Shown: positions 41,185 to 50,135, numbered from the stretch's first letter. The stretch: 64,000 bases of DNA from Terriglobia bacterium (GCA_963664115.2 CAXWPJ010000001.1:53844-117843); one strand, 5' to 3'. Program-made: numbers and translations. Notes: generated by a model from the letters alone, not told the origin.

Positions 41185-41609
41185 CCATCGACACTCAACA
41201 ATTCCAGCCCAACGCGGTCGTCCAGACTGCATCGCCGAAGTGTGTCCAGACGCCAAAAACACGCGTGCTCAAGTGCCCTTTCGCTATATCCAACCCACCC
41301 CACTCGGGCGATCGACAGTGATTTTCCGCTACAACCACCCCCCACCATCACTGCGTCTCCCCGATTCAGCCTCCAATCCATGGATTGAAAACCCATAGGT
41401 CTTCTCGTTCCCGGCCGCGCCTGCGCCTCACTTCAAACCATTCTATCCGACATGCCCCGGCATCATTTTTTGTCACTGTCGGTGCCGGACCATCTCCGAT
41501 ACAAAACTGACGTTATACGTCCATGTGACCTGTTCGTTGAACTCAAGTCCCTTCAATCGTATTATGTAGCGAGGCAAGAGAGACATCACCTTCGAACGAG
41601 GTCACAACA

Positions 41610-41840
41610 TTGAATCGACTGGATTTCCATGAACTGCTCATAATATTCGTGATCGCAGTGTTCGTGTTCGGTCCGTTCAACGGAAAGCTGTCTCACAAGA
41701 TTGCGATTCAGTGATTCGACGGGTCGTTGCGGCTCGATCAACAGGATGAACCGACATTTGGAAAGGCTTTCTCTATAGCCATAGCTTTGCTCCTTGGCGT
41801 GATTCTCCTCGTTCAGTTCTGGCTCTGGAGCGCCAATTAA
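41610..41840 (+). pseudogene. small TatA-like membrane ORF interrupted by an in-frame TGA
   Basis: TTG start after GAGG; LNRLDFHELLIIFVIAVFVFGP, TGA at 41712, then the frame continues to a second hydrophobic helix. Confidence 0.5.
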
Positions 41841-41917
41841 GAGTAAGGTTCAGCGCGGCTGAAACTCGAAGACCGTAGTTGTTTAAACGAAACCCACCTG
41901 AATACGAGGAGATCACC

Positions 41918-42721
41918 ATGTCACACGCAGATGGTCCATGGCTTCGAATCCAGCTCCTTTACTTGACGCTGGGCGTGTTCCTGCTTCCGGGTTCCGCCCT
42001 GGCGCAGAGCGTTTTTACGCACGTGCACATGAGGGTGCCGGATACGACTGAGGCGGCGGTGTGGCATCAGGCGCTGCTCGGCGGCGAGGTAATCTCGCGT
42101 GGCCCTGGACAGGCTGTCCGGTATGGCAACGGCATGGTCATGACAATGCCGGCCGAAGGTGAGACGCCACCGAGCCAGGGCGGTGTCATCGATCACTTTG
42201 GCATCGCTGTTGAAGACGTCGCGGCTACCGTGGCACTCGCAAGGGAAATGGGCGCACAGATCCGGGACGAGCCGCGGGTCGGCATCACGGCATCGACTAT
42301 TGCGTTTATCGAGGATCCCTGGGGCACGCGAATCGAACTACTCGAGGACCCGGTCTACACGGGAGTGAATCACGTCCATATGATGGCGAGCGACGCGGAC
42401 GGCGTTCACGAATGGTTCCTTGAAGTGTTCGGCGGCGAGGATATTCCGGCGCGCGGCAAGGGGCAGTTTCATACCATCTTATATGGCGACTTATGGATCC
42501 AGATTTCGCAGGTCCCGGAGGGTAATGCGGCGCCGAGCCGCTACCGGTCACTCGATCACATAGGTTTCCGCGTGCCCTCGCTGGAAGAGTTCGGCAGAGT
42601 TCTCCAAGCCTCAGGATACGAACCCTACCTGGTCAGACCCAACCCGCCGGGCTCAGACTTGATGTTCTTCGAAGGGCCCGAAGGCATCCACTTCGAGATC
42701 GCGGAGGTCGTCGCCCCCTAG
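41918..42721 (+). CDS. exported VOC/glyoxalase-family protein
   Basis: HVHM, DHFGIAV, DPWG..IEL, DHIGF, GPEG..FE; GAGGAG RBS and signal peptide. Confidence 0.8.
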   Translation: MSHADGPWLRIQLLYLTLGVFLLPGSALAQSVFTHVHMRVPDTTEAAVWHQALLGGEVISRGPGQAVRYGNGMVMTMPAEGETPPSQGGVIDHFGIAVEDVAATVALAREMGAQIRDEPRVGITASTIAFIEDPWGTRIELLEDPVYTGVNHVHMMASDADGVHEWFLEVFGGEDIPARGKGQFHTILYGDLWIQISQVPEGNAAPSRYRSLDHIGFRVPSLEEFGRVLQASGYEPYLVRPNPPGSDLMFFEGPEGIHFEIAEVVAP

Positions 42722-42879
42722 CCGAGACCACGTGCGACCCGATGTCGGAAATGACATTTGGAATTAACATCGTCAACTTCGGCCAGGGAACGGGCCCTGA
42801 GATCTTCGGGAATAATGCGGCCCAGCGGGCCGGGGACTGGGATACAATTTCTGAATTCTTGCCGATTTAAGGAGATGTC

Positions 42880-44064
42880 ATGATGAACCGACGCCAACTT
42901 TTGGGCACGGCCGCAGGTCTTGCGCTGCTCGCCCGCCTCCCGAATGCCCGTGCGGCAACCTACGACCTGCTCATCAAAGGCGGCCGCGTCATCGACCCTT
43001 CCATCGGCCTCGACGGCATCCGTGACGTGGCCATCGTAGGGGGGCGCATCGCAGCGGTCGAAGCCAGCATCAGCGACGATGCCACGGAGACGATCGATGT
43101 GCGTGGCAAGATCGTCGCCCCGGGTTTGATCGACATCCATACCCACGCGGGTCGCGACCTGGAAGCTCCGGCGCTGGCGCTCAAGGACGGCGTTACGGGC
43201 TTCGTCGATGCCGGATCGGCCGGCGCCGATAACATCGACGACATCGCCGCTGTCCTCCGGGCAGCACCACAAACTGCTTGCGCTCTGATCAACATCGCGC
43301 GCACGGGCGTCGTGTCCGGCGGCGAACTCAAGGACATCAACGCCGCCAATGTATCCCTAACCCGTGGGGCCATAGCCCGCAATCGCGACGTGGTTGTCGG
43401 CGTCAAGGTGCGGCTCTCAGAAAGCGTGGTTGGCAGTTACGATCTCGAGGCCCTGCGGCGTTCGCAGCAAGCGGCAGCGCCCTTCGATCTCCCCGTGATG
43501 ATACACGTCGGCCAGAATTTCTCGCCCATGCGTGCCATTCTGCCACTGCTCAAGCGCGGCGACATCGTCACGCACATGTACGCGCCGCCGCCAAACAGCA
43601 TTCTCGACGAGCAGGGCCATCTCTTCAGCGACGTCGCTGCCGCGCGTCGCCGCGGTGTCACCTTCGACTTTGGTAACGGAGTTAACGGCCACTTCACATG
43701 GGACATGCTGGAGCGCGCGACCGGGCAGGGCTTCTGGCCCGACACTTTGTCCACGGATTGGAACGTCTTGTCCCCCACTACAGGTGTCGTCGACTTCCCG
43801 AACGTCATGTCGAAGCTCTTGATGGTCGGCATGCCGCTTTCTGAAGTCGTGGCATCTGCGACGACCCGTCCGGCGCGCGCGTTTCGGGCGTTCGAGGATC
43901 GCGGCACGCTGAATGTGGGTGCGCCGGCCGACGTGGCGATCATGGAGCTGCGTGAGGGGGATTTCGAGTTTGTCGACAACTACCAAGGCACGCGGAACAG
44001 CCGCGAGCGGCTGTTCCCTTTCGAGACGGTGCTCGACGGCAAGCGCGTGCCAACGGCGGCTTAA
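42880..44064 (+). CDS. Tat-exported amidohydrolase (dihydroorotase/deacetylase-like)
   Basis: NRRQLL Tat motif, PGLIDIHTH, GVKVR, MIH, THMY, STD. Confidence 0.85.
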   Translation: MMNRRQLLGTAAGLALLARLPNARAATYDLLIKGGRVIDPSIGLDGIRDVAIVGGRIAAVEASISDDATETIDVRGKIVAPGLIDIHTHAGRDLEAPALALKDGVTGFVDAGSAGADNIDDIAAVLRAAPQTACALINIARTGVVSGGELKDINAANVSLTRGAIARNRDVVVGVKVRLSESVVGSYDLEALRRSQQAAAPFDLPVMIHVGQNFSPMRAILPLLKRGDIVTHMYAPPPNSILDEQGHLFSDVAAARRRGVTFDFGNGVNGHFTWDMLERATGQGFWPDTLSTDWNVLSPTTGVVDFPNVMSKLLMVGMPLSEVVASATTRPARAFRAFEDRGTLNVGAPADVAIMELREGDFEFVDNYQGTRNSRERLFPFETVLDGKRVPTAA

Positions 44065-44107
44065 GCGTTGACTTGTGGTCGGCGGATATCCCCGCGGGTC
44101 TCGGCGA

Positions 44108-45259
44108 TCACAGCTCGGGCCGTGGCCCCATCCCATTAAAGACGAACTTCTGGACCCGCCGGTTGACGGGATCGAGTGGCGTGACCTCCGTAACGTAGAG
44201 GTTGCCTTCCGAATCCACGTCCATGTGGTGGAGGGTGCCGAACTCGCCGGGCGCCGATCCCCAGCGGCCGAACGAGTACAGGATCTCGAGCGTTTCGCGT
44301 TCGAGCACCATGACCCGCGCCTGACTCCGGTTGCCGACGTACAAGAAGCGCTGCTCCGGATCCTCGGAGAAGGCCGCGCTGGCGGCCGTCGTGCCGTTAC
44401 CACACTCCGGAGCCAGGCAGTCCCGACCGATGAACACCTGCGAAACGTACTCCCCTTCGGTGGTGAAGACCTGCACCCGCTTTCCGGCACGGTCGGAGAC
44501 GTAAACAAGGCCGTCGTTGGACACCTTGGCCGCGTGCACCGGAGGGGCGAACTGCGGGGGGCCGGACCCCTCTTGCTCCTCGGCCCACGACGGATCCGTC
44601 TCGACGTCGGCCGCTTCGTTGCCGAACGCGCCCCACATCCGCCTGAAGTCCCCCGTGTCGGCGTCATAAACAATGACACGCCGGTTGCCGTATCCGTCCG
44701 CAACGAAGAGCTCATTCGTCGGCGGATGGACCCAGACGTCTGCGGGCCGGCCCAGGTTCGCAGTGTCGCTGTTGCCCCGGCTCTCGCCGGACTGACCGAT
44801 CTGCATGACGAATTCCCCACTCATCGTGAACTTGAGCACCTGGTGGTCATCGGGACCGTTGCCTCCAACCCAGACGTAATCGTTGTGGTCCACGAATATG
44901 CCGTGTTCCGACCCGGGCCAATCGTAGTCCGGGTCCGGCCCGCCCCATCCCTGCTGGAAGTTGCCTTCAGGGTCGAACTCGAGTACCGGCGGTGCGGCCA
45001 TCGACGCCTCTTCCGGCCCCAGCGAACCCGGCCGTTGCAGCACCCACACGTGATCCCTGTCGTCCACGGCTACGCTGGCCACGACGCCCAGGACCCACCC
45101 GTCGGGAATCGTAGGCCAGCTTGGATCGACCTCGAACCTCGGCACGTCGCCGAGGGCCGACTCCGGGGCGGTCACAATCTCGTCGCCGTCGCGGCTGAGG
45201 GCGATGACCAACGCGAGCGACGCCACTAGTGCCACGCCTATCCATATCGTTCGACTCAT
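44108..45259 (-). CDS. NHL-repeat beta-propeller protein
   Basis: FEVDPSWP, ADGYGNRR, YVSDR...RVQVF, G..PGEF...H, RVQKF; GGAGG RBS. Confidence 0.85.
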   Translation of the reverse strand: MSRTIWIGVALVASLALVIALSRDGDEIVTAPESALGDVPRFEVDPSWPTIPDGWVLGVVASVAVDDRDHVWVLQRPGSLGPEEASMAAPPVLEFDPEGNFQQGWGGPDPDYDWPGSEHGIFVDHNDYVWVGGNGPDDHQVLKFTMSGEFVMQIGQSGESRGNSDTANLGRPADVWVHPPTNELFVADGYGNRRVIVYDADTGDFRRMWGAFGNEAADVETDPSWAEEQEGSGPPQFAPPVHAAKVSNDGLVYVSDRAGKRVQVFTTEGEYVSQVFIGRDCLAPECGNGTTAASAAFSEDPEQRFLYVGNRSQARVMVLERETLEILYSFGRWGSAPGEFGTLHHMDVDSEGNLYVTEVTPLDPVNRRVQKFVFNGMGPRPEL

Positions 45260-45751
45260 GACCGACCTCCCGGAAAATTGTTTCCACTGCTGTTAGTACG
45301 TTCTCGGGCACCATCTGCAATGTCGCGAGTTCACCGTTGTCTGCGGATGAGGGCCAAACCGTCTCCGAGTCCGTTATACGCCAGGACGTGCTGCTGTGTC
45401 CCTCAATATATCATTGCAGCAAGGTGTCACGGATTCTGACCCAAGGCGATAGTACTTCCCGCAAAATTCAAAACCTCAAGCCGTCGATCTCGATCCGAAG
45501 CCTGATTCTCCACGTTTGTGCGTCCCCGGTCACGGGTCGTGCTGATCTCAATCTACGCCCGGGTGCGTCGCGCTGCCCCACTGCGGCAATTTGTGTGGGT
45601 CCTGCGGGATGGCACGACATGCATGCCGCTGAAATCATTGAAAACGCGGCGCTGGCAACGAAATTGGTTATTATTACGGGTTGATATTACGGCCTGCAGC
45701 TTACAGTGCCTGGCCGGCTGGAGATCGACCCATCCCCGGAGCGCATGGTTG

Positions 45752-46723
45752 ATGAAAATTATTCATTCTTTGGCCGAAGCGGATCCGTCCGTTGCTAGCG
45801 TCGTGACCGTGGGAAATTTCGACGGCGTCCATCGGGGCCACCAGGCGATATTGTCTGTCGTTCGGGCGCGCGCTCGGGAGTTGGGCGTTCAGTCCGCGGC
45901 GATCACTTTCGAACCGCACCCGCTCACCTGCATTGCACCGGACCGGGCCCCGACGCCGATTTCAACTCTTGAACAAAAGACCTGCCTGATCGAGGAAGCC
46001 GGCATCGACGTTCTCCTGATTCAGCAATTCACCGAGGCGTTCTCCCGATTGCCTGCCGAGGCGTTCATCGAGAAATATTTCGTCAGCGGTTTGAACGCCC
46101 GGTCGTTATGCGTGGGCCAGAACTTTCGATTTGGACACCGGCATCGGGGCGATATCCATACGCTGCGTGCTTCGAAATTCGATTTCGAAGTCGTCGAGGT
46201 GCCCGCCGTCATCATCGGAGACCGATCCGTCAGCAGTTCCCGCCTCCGGGAGCAGATCGTTGGAGGGCGTCCCCGGGACGCGCGCCGCATGCTCGGGCGC
46301 TGTTACGAAGTTCAGGGCAGAATCGTCCGAGGGGAGGGCCGCGGCGGCAAAGTCACTGTGCCCACACTCAACCTCGAGCCTGACAACAAGCTCCTCCCCG
46401 GAGACGGTGTGTATGTGACCCGGATCGCGGTGGATAACGAGGCCTGGGCCGACGCCCTGACCAATGTCGGGCTCCGGCCGACCTTTTTGGAAAGCGAACG
46501 CACTGTTGAAACTCACCTTCTCAACTGGGCTCCGCCGGAGGGTGCCGGGCGGGCGCGACTTCGTTTCCTGGCGCGGCTTCGTGATGAACAGAAGTTTCCG
46601 AGCGCGGAGGCCCTCAGGGAACAGATCGAGTGCGACCGTACTGATGGGGAGAGATTCTTCCGGCGCTTCGAGCATGTTCGCCGGGCGGAAGCCCCCGAGT
46701 GCACGCCACAGAACCTGCGATGA
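45752..46723 (+). CDS. ribF: bifunctional riboflavin kinase / FAD synthetase
   Basis: GNFDGVHRGHQ, TFEPHP, G.NFRFG, VSSS..R, PTLN, NVG.RPT, ETH, LRDEQKF. Confidence 0.93.
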   Translation: MKIIHSLAEADPSVASVVTVGNFDGVHRGHQAILSVVRARARELGVQSAAITFEPHPLTCIAPDRAPTPISTLEQKTCLIEEAGIDVLLIQQFTEAFSRLPAEAFIEKYFVSGLNARSLCVGQNFRFGHRHRGDIHTLRASKFDFEVVEVPAVIIGDRSVSSSRLREQIVGGRPRDARRMLGRCYEVQGRIVRGEGRGGKVTVPTLNLEPDNKLLPGDGVYVTRIAVDNEAWADALTNVGLRPTFLESERTVETHLLNWAPPEGAGRARLRFLARLRDEQKFPSAEALREQIECDRTDGERFFRRFEHVRRAEAPECTPQNLR

Positions 46724-46977
46724 GCGATGACATCGAGATCGAAGTCTTTTCCCGACCCGAGTGCCACTTGTGTGATGTCCTGTTGGAGCTCGTCGGAGAG
46801 CTCGAAGGGCGCTATCCTCTGAACTTGAAGGTGACCAACGTTGAAACAGACCCGCAGCTTGAACAGAAATACGGAAGCCAGGTTCCAGTCGTTCGTATTG
46901 CCGGCCACACGACGTTCACATACCCGATTCGACCGGCGGCGCTGGAAAGAGAGCTGAAGCGATTGTGGAAACGGTAG
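46720..46977 (+). CDS. glutaredoxin-like protein (DUF836-like)
   Basis: SRPECHLCD (CxxC) and Y...VPV; translationally coupled to its neighbours. Confidence 0.8.
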   Translation: MSDDIEIEVFSRPECHLCDVLLELVGELEGRYPLNLKVTNVETDPQLEQKYGSQVPVVRIAGHTTFTYPIRPAALERELKRLWKR

Positions 46978-47681
46978 ACATCCTCACGATCGCCGCCCAC
47001 CCGGATGATGTCGAGCTGACCTGTGGCGGTACGCTGCTCAAGATGGTCGACCAGGGCTACTCGGTCGGAATCCTCGACCTGACCCAGGGTGAAATGGGGA
47101 CGCGGGGCACTCCTGAAATCAGAGCCGAGGAAGCGGAAGCCGCCCGGGCCGTCCTGGGTGCCCGCTTTCGAACCCGGATGAACCTCGGGGATTCCCAGCT
47201 GACGGCCTCGATCCCAAACAGAATGGCTGTGGCGCAGGAGATCCGGAATCGGCGACCGCGTACGGTGATCCTCCCCTACTGGGAGGGACGTCACCCCGAT
47301 CACACCACCACGGCGACTCTGGGTTATGAGGCCTGTTACGCAGCTGGCCTCAAGAAGGCGGATCTTCAGGGAGAACCGCACCGTCCCCACAAAATCCTGT
47401 ATGCGACCATCTACTGGGATGTGAACCCAACGTTTGCCGTCGACATCAGCCCGTACTTTGAAAGGAAGCTGGAAGCGATCAATTGTTTCGCCTCTCAGTT
47501 CCATGGAGACATGTCGGAGGTCGAAAAACTCTTTCCCGCCTGGGCACGCCTGATCGATCGTATCCGAACTCAGTGCCGTTTTTATGGGCATCAACTCGGG
47601 GTGGAGTACGCTGAACCTTATGTAGTAAAAGAACTTGTGGCGATTGAAGATGTTGTTGCGATGCCTGTTGCTTCCGTTTGA
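46965..47681 (+). CDS. bshB1: bacillithiol biosynthesis deacetylase (PIG-L family)
   Basis: AHPDDVE, DLTQGEMGTRG, RHPDH, G..YAE. Confidence 0.85.
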   Translation: METVDILTIAAHPDDVELTCGGTLLKMVDQGYSVGILDLTQGEMGTRGTPEIRAEEAEAARAVLGARFRTRMNLGDSQLTASIPNRMAVAQEIRNRRPRTVILPYWEGRHPDHTTTATLGYEACYAAGLKKADLQGEPHRPHKILYATIYWDVNPTFAVDISPYFERKLEAINCFASQFHGDMSEVEKLFPAWARLIDRIRTQCRFYGHQLGVEYAEPYVVKELVAIEDVVAMPVASV

Positions 47682-47876
47682 ACGCCGTCTCGAACAAAAT
47701 ACTTCGGGAGGCTTTAAACCAAGGAATCGGTAATCCTGTCTGCCTTAGGTAAGACGTTCCTGAAGAAGAATATGACAAAGGTTCTTCCAAAGTTGAGTTT
47801 CAAGCGTCCAATTACCTTGACACCGCCGAACCGCGGTCATTACGATGAGTAAATCTGTTTCCTGGAGAACCGAACC

Positions 47877-48962
47877 ATGATCGACAAGCTGATCCGGTTG
47901 ACGATGGCCGCAATCTTCTTGGTCGTGACAACTGCCAGTCCGGCGCTTGCTCAGGACAGACCCAAGAACGGTGACATCGAAAACATAGGAAACCGCGACA
48001 TCAACTCGGGGTTCTTCAGCTGGAACTTCACCTCGCTCGAGAAGGAAATAGCTCTTGGACGCGGGATGGCGGCTGAGCTGGAACGTCAGGTTCGCCTAGT
48101 TGATGATCCGGTAATCAACGAATACGTCAATCGCGTCGGCCAGAACCTCGTTCGCAACTCCGACGCCCAGGTGCCCTTCACCTTCAAGGTCATCGAAGAC
48201 GACACCATCAACGCGCTGGCTCTGCCCGGTGGATTCGTGTTCATTAACACGGGCGTTATCTTGAGTGCCGACGAAGAGTCCGAACTGGCCGGTGTGCTCT
48301 CTCACGAGATTGCCCATGTTACGGCGCGCCATGGCACCGAAAACGCGACCAAGGGCCAGATCATCAATTGGGCAACGATTCCGCTGATCTTTCTCGGGGG
48401 TGTCGCTGGTTTTGGCATCCGCCAGGCCGCTGGCTTCGCCATTCCGGCCCAGTTCATGAAGTTCAGCCGTAGCGCAGAGGAAGAAGCCGATTTTCTGGGG
48501 AGCCAGTACGCCTACAAGACTGGCTATGACCCGAACGCGGCCGTAACATTCTTTGAAAAGATGCAGGCACGGGAGACGGCAAAACCTGGAACGATTTCCT
48601 CGCTGTTCTCGTCGCATCCTCCCACGAAGGACAGGATTGAAAAGACCCAGCGGAACATCGCACGGGTCTTGCCCGAGCGCGATCGATACGTCCTGACGAC
48701 CTCGGAATTTCTCGACGTCCAGCAAAAGCTGATCGACTACGAGAACCGACGCCCGGTCGACGAAGAGGATGACAGTCGCCCCAGCCTGAGACGGCGGACC
48801 GCGGCTTCCCCCGATAGCGGTGACGATGATAGGGCAGACGAAGAGATCATCACCAGTGGGGAGGATGAGCGGCCCCGGCTGGAGCGCCGTGACGAGGACG
48901 ATCCCGACCGTGAACCGCTCGAGGACGACCGTCCGGTCTTGAGACGACGCTCTCGCGACTGA
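47877..48962 (+). CDS. M48 family metallopeptidase
   Basis: INALALPGG, HEIAH, E.EAD, SSHP; acidic tail with RPxLxRR repeats. Confidence 0.9.
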   Translation: MIDKLIRLTMAAIFLVVTTASPALAQDRPKNGDIENIGNRDINSGFFSWNFTSLEKEIALGRGMAAELERQVRLVDDPVINEYVNRVGQNLVRNSDAQVPFTFKVIEDDTINALALPGGFVFINTGVILSADEESELAGVLSHEIAHVTARHGTENATKGQIINWATIPLIFLGGVAGFGIRQAAGFAIPAQFMKFSRSAEEEADFLGSQYAYKTGYDPNAAVTFFEKMQARETAKPGTISSLFSSHPPTKDRIEKTQRNIARVLPERDRYVLTTSEFLDVQQKLIDYENRRPVDEEDDSRPSLRRRTAASPDSGDDDRADEEIITSGEDERPRLERRDEDDPDREPLEDDRPVLRRRSRD

Positions 48963-48986
48963 ACGTTTTCCCAACGGAAGAGGATT

Positions 48987-49018
48987 AAAAAGGGTGGCCC
49001 CTGTGGCCGCCCTTTTTT
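48987..49018 (+). terminator. intrinsic terminator
   Basis: AAAAAGGGTGGCC-CCTGT-GGCCGCCCTTTTTT. Confidence 0.8.
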
Positions 49019-49046
49019 CTTGGGAGTTCCCCCGCCCGAATGGGTA

Positions 49047-49076
49047 TTGATACCAAGACCATGCAGCGGGTATCAT
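49047..49076 (+). promoter_or_regulatory. putative sigma70 promoter of tRNA-Asp
   Basis: TTGATA-18 nt-TATCAT, 14 nt before the tRNA. Confidence 0.45.
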
Positions 49077-49090
49077 CTCCACTTGTCTAC

Positions 49091-49164
49091 GGGGTCGTAG
49101 TTCAGCTGGTTAGAACGCCGGCCTGTCACGCCGGAGGTCGCGAGTTCGAATCTCGTCGGCCCCG
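49091..49164 (+). tRNA. tRNA-Asp(GTC); CCA not encoded
   Basis: GGGGTCGTAGTTCAGCTGGTTAGAACGCCGGCCTGTCACGCCGGAGGTCGCGAGTTCGAATCTCGTCGGCCCCG folds as a cloverleaf. Confidence 0.96.
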
Positions 49165-49528
49165 TTTAGATGCAGCAAGTTAGCGGGGGAGCAATCCCCC
49201 GTTTGCTGTTTGGGTGCAGATAGGGTGCGGATTTGATGAGTAAACGCGCTGTGGATTCTGAAACTCCGGTACCGTCTCAACGCTCAATTGTCCGCGCGGC
49301 TGAAGTGGCCGATGAGATCCAGCTTTCATATAGAGCACGCTTTGCAGAGACTGCCGAGAACGGTCCTCTCCTCAACCTCGACGCTAAACTCTCCGACCTG
49401 TGGTGGAAACTTCTGTACCAAAACGACTTCGAGGATTGGATGGTTACGCATGCGAAAGACACGTTCAAGTTTCAGTGGCTGAAGGTCCTGGTTGCACTCA
49501 GAAATCGAAATCAATCTTTCTTCTACAG

Positions 49529-49769
49529 TTACGGAATCCCTTCGCGTCGGCACAGCTCTGCGATGCTCTCTTCGCCTCGTAACCCTTCCAACACGATCCG
49601 CACCTTCTCTTCAGACGAGTACTTCTTTCGCGTCTTTCGACGGATCTCCCGTACCCGCTTCTCTGTCGACACTTTCTCTCTCATTCGATCCTCCTTCAGA
49701 TCGTTCCGATCAGAATAGTGTCTCTTAGTTTTTTAGCGGTTTCTGTCCGAAATGCTCTGACGGGCTACA
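49529..49769 (-). mobile_element. truncated IS3-family element (left end plus OrfA fragment)
   Basis: ORF 49684-49529 MREKVSTEKRVREIRRKTRKKYSSEEKVRIVLEGLRGEESIAELCRREGIP (HTH) with AGGAGG RBS; TG-starting end TGTAGCCCGTCAGAGC at 49769. Confidence 0.8.
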
Positions 49770-50015
49770 TATCCTTCATCTCGGACTCCTTCTTTACACA
49801 TGTGCGTGTGTTTAGCCCGCTTTATTGCAAGGCTTCTTAATGACTTTGGCACTTTAGATGCCGATTAAGTCAAAGGAGGAGTCCATCTCATCAACAATGT
49901 CGTTTATCAGGACCGGACAATTACAGGACCTGAGAATTTAATAACGCCTAAATCCCTCCCTTAGTATTCTTTACCGAGATTTTTACGGTTCTTTCAGCGA
50001 CACACTTTAAACACG

Positions 50016-50135
50016 GAATCTGGCACCCAACTCGGCCACTACGAGATCAGCACACTCCTAGGTAAGGGTGGAATGGGAGAGGTGTGGCGGGCGCGTGACA
50101 CGAAGCTGGGTCGTGAAGTCGCAATCAAGACGCTG
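50016..50135 (+). pseudogene. N-terminal fragment of a Hanks-type Ser/Thr kinase
   Basis: [40 protein letters not shown] (Gly loop and VAIK); no start codon; similarity ends abruptly. Confidence 0.85.

Larger units (their letters stand above)
39041..41519 (+). mobile_element. IS91-like element with tyrosine recombinase, copy 1 (2479 bp)
   Basis: Boundaries defined by identity with the inverted copy at 52316-54794. Starts GAAC, ends CGTTATACG; no target duplication or terminal IRs. Confidence 0.9.

Noticed and set aside
41430-41519. Element 3' end as an integron attC site (AAC...hairpin...GTTATAC)
   Set aside because: Spacing between the hairpin and GTT does not fit attC L/R boxes, and at 293 aa the recombinase shows no obvious IntI-specific insertion. 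An oriIS reading fits better.
42742-42785. Half-site look-alikes of the palindrome (TGTCGGAAATGA, TCAACTTCGGCCA); weaker ones near 35145, 35291 and 45321
   Set aside because: Arms are in the wrong order or lack a partner; too degenerate to call by eye.
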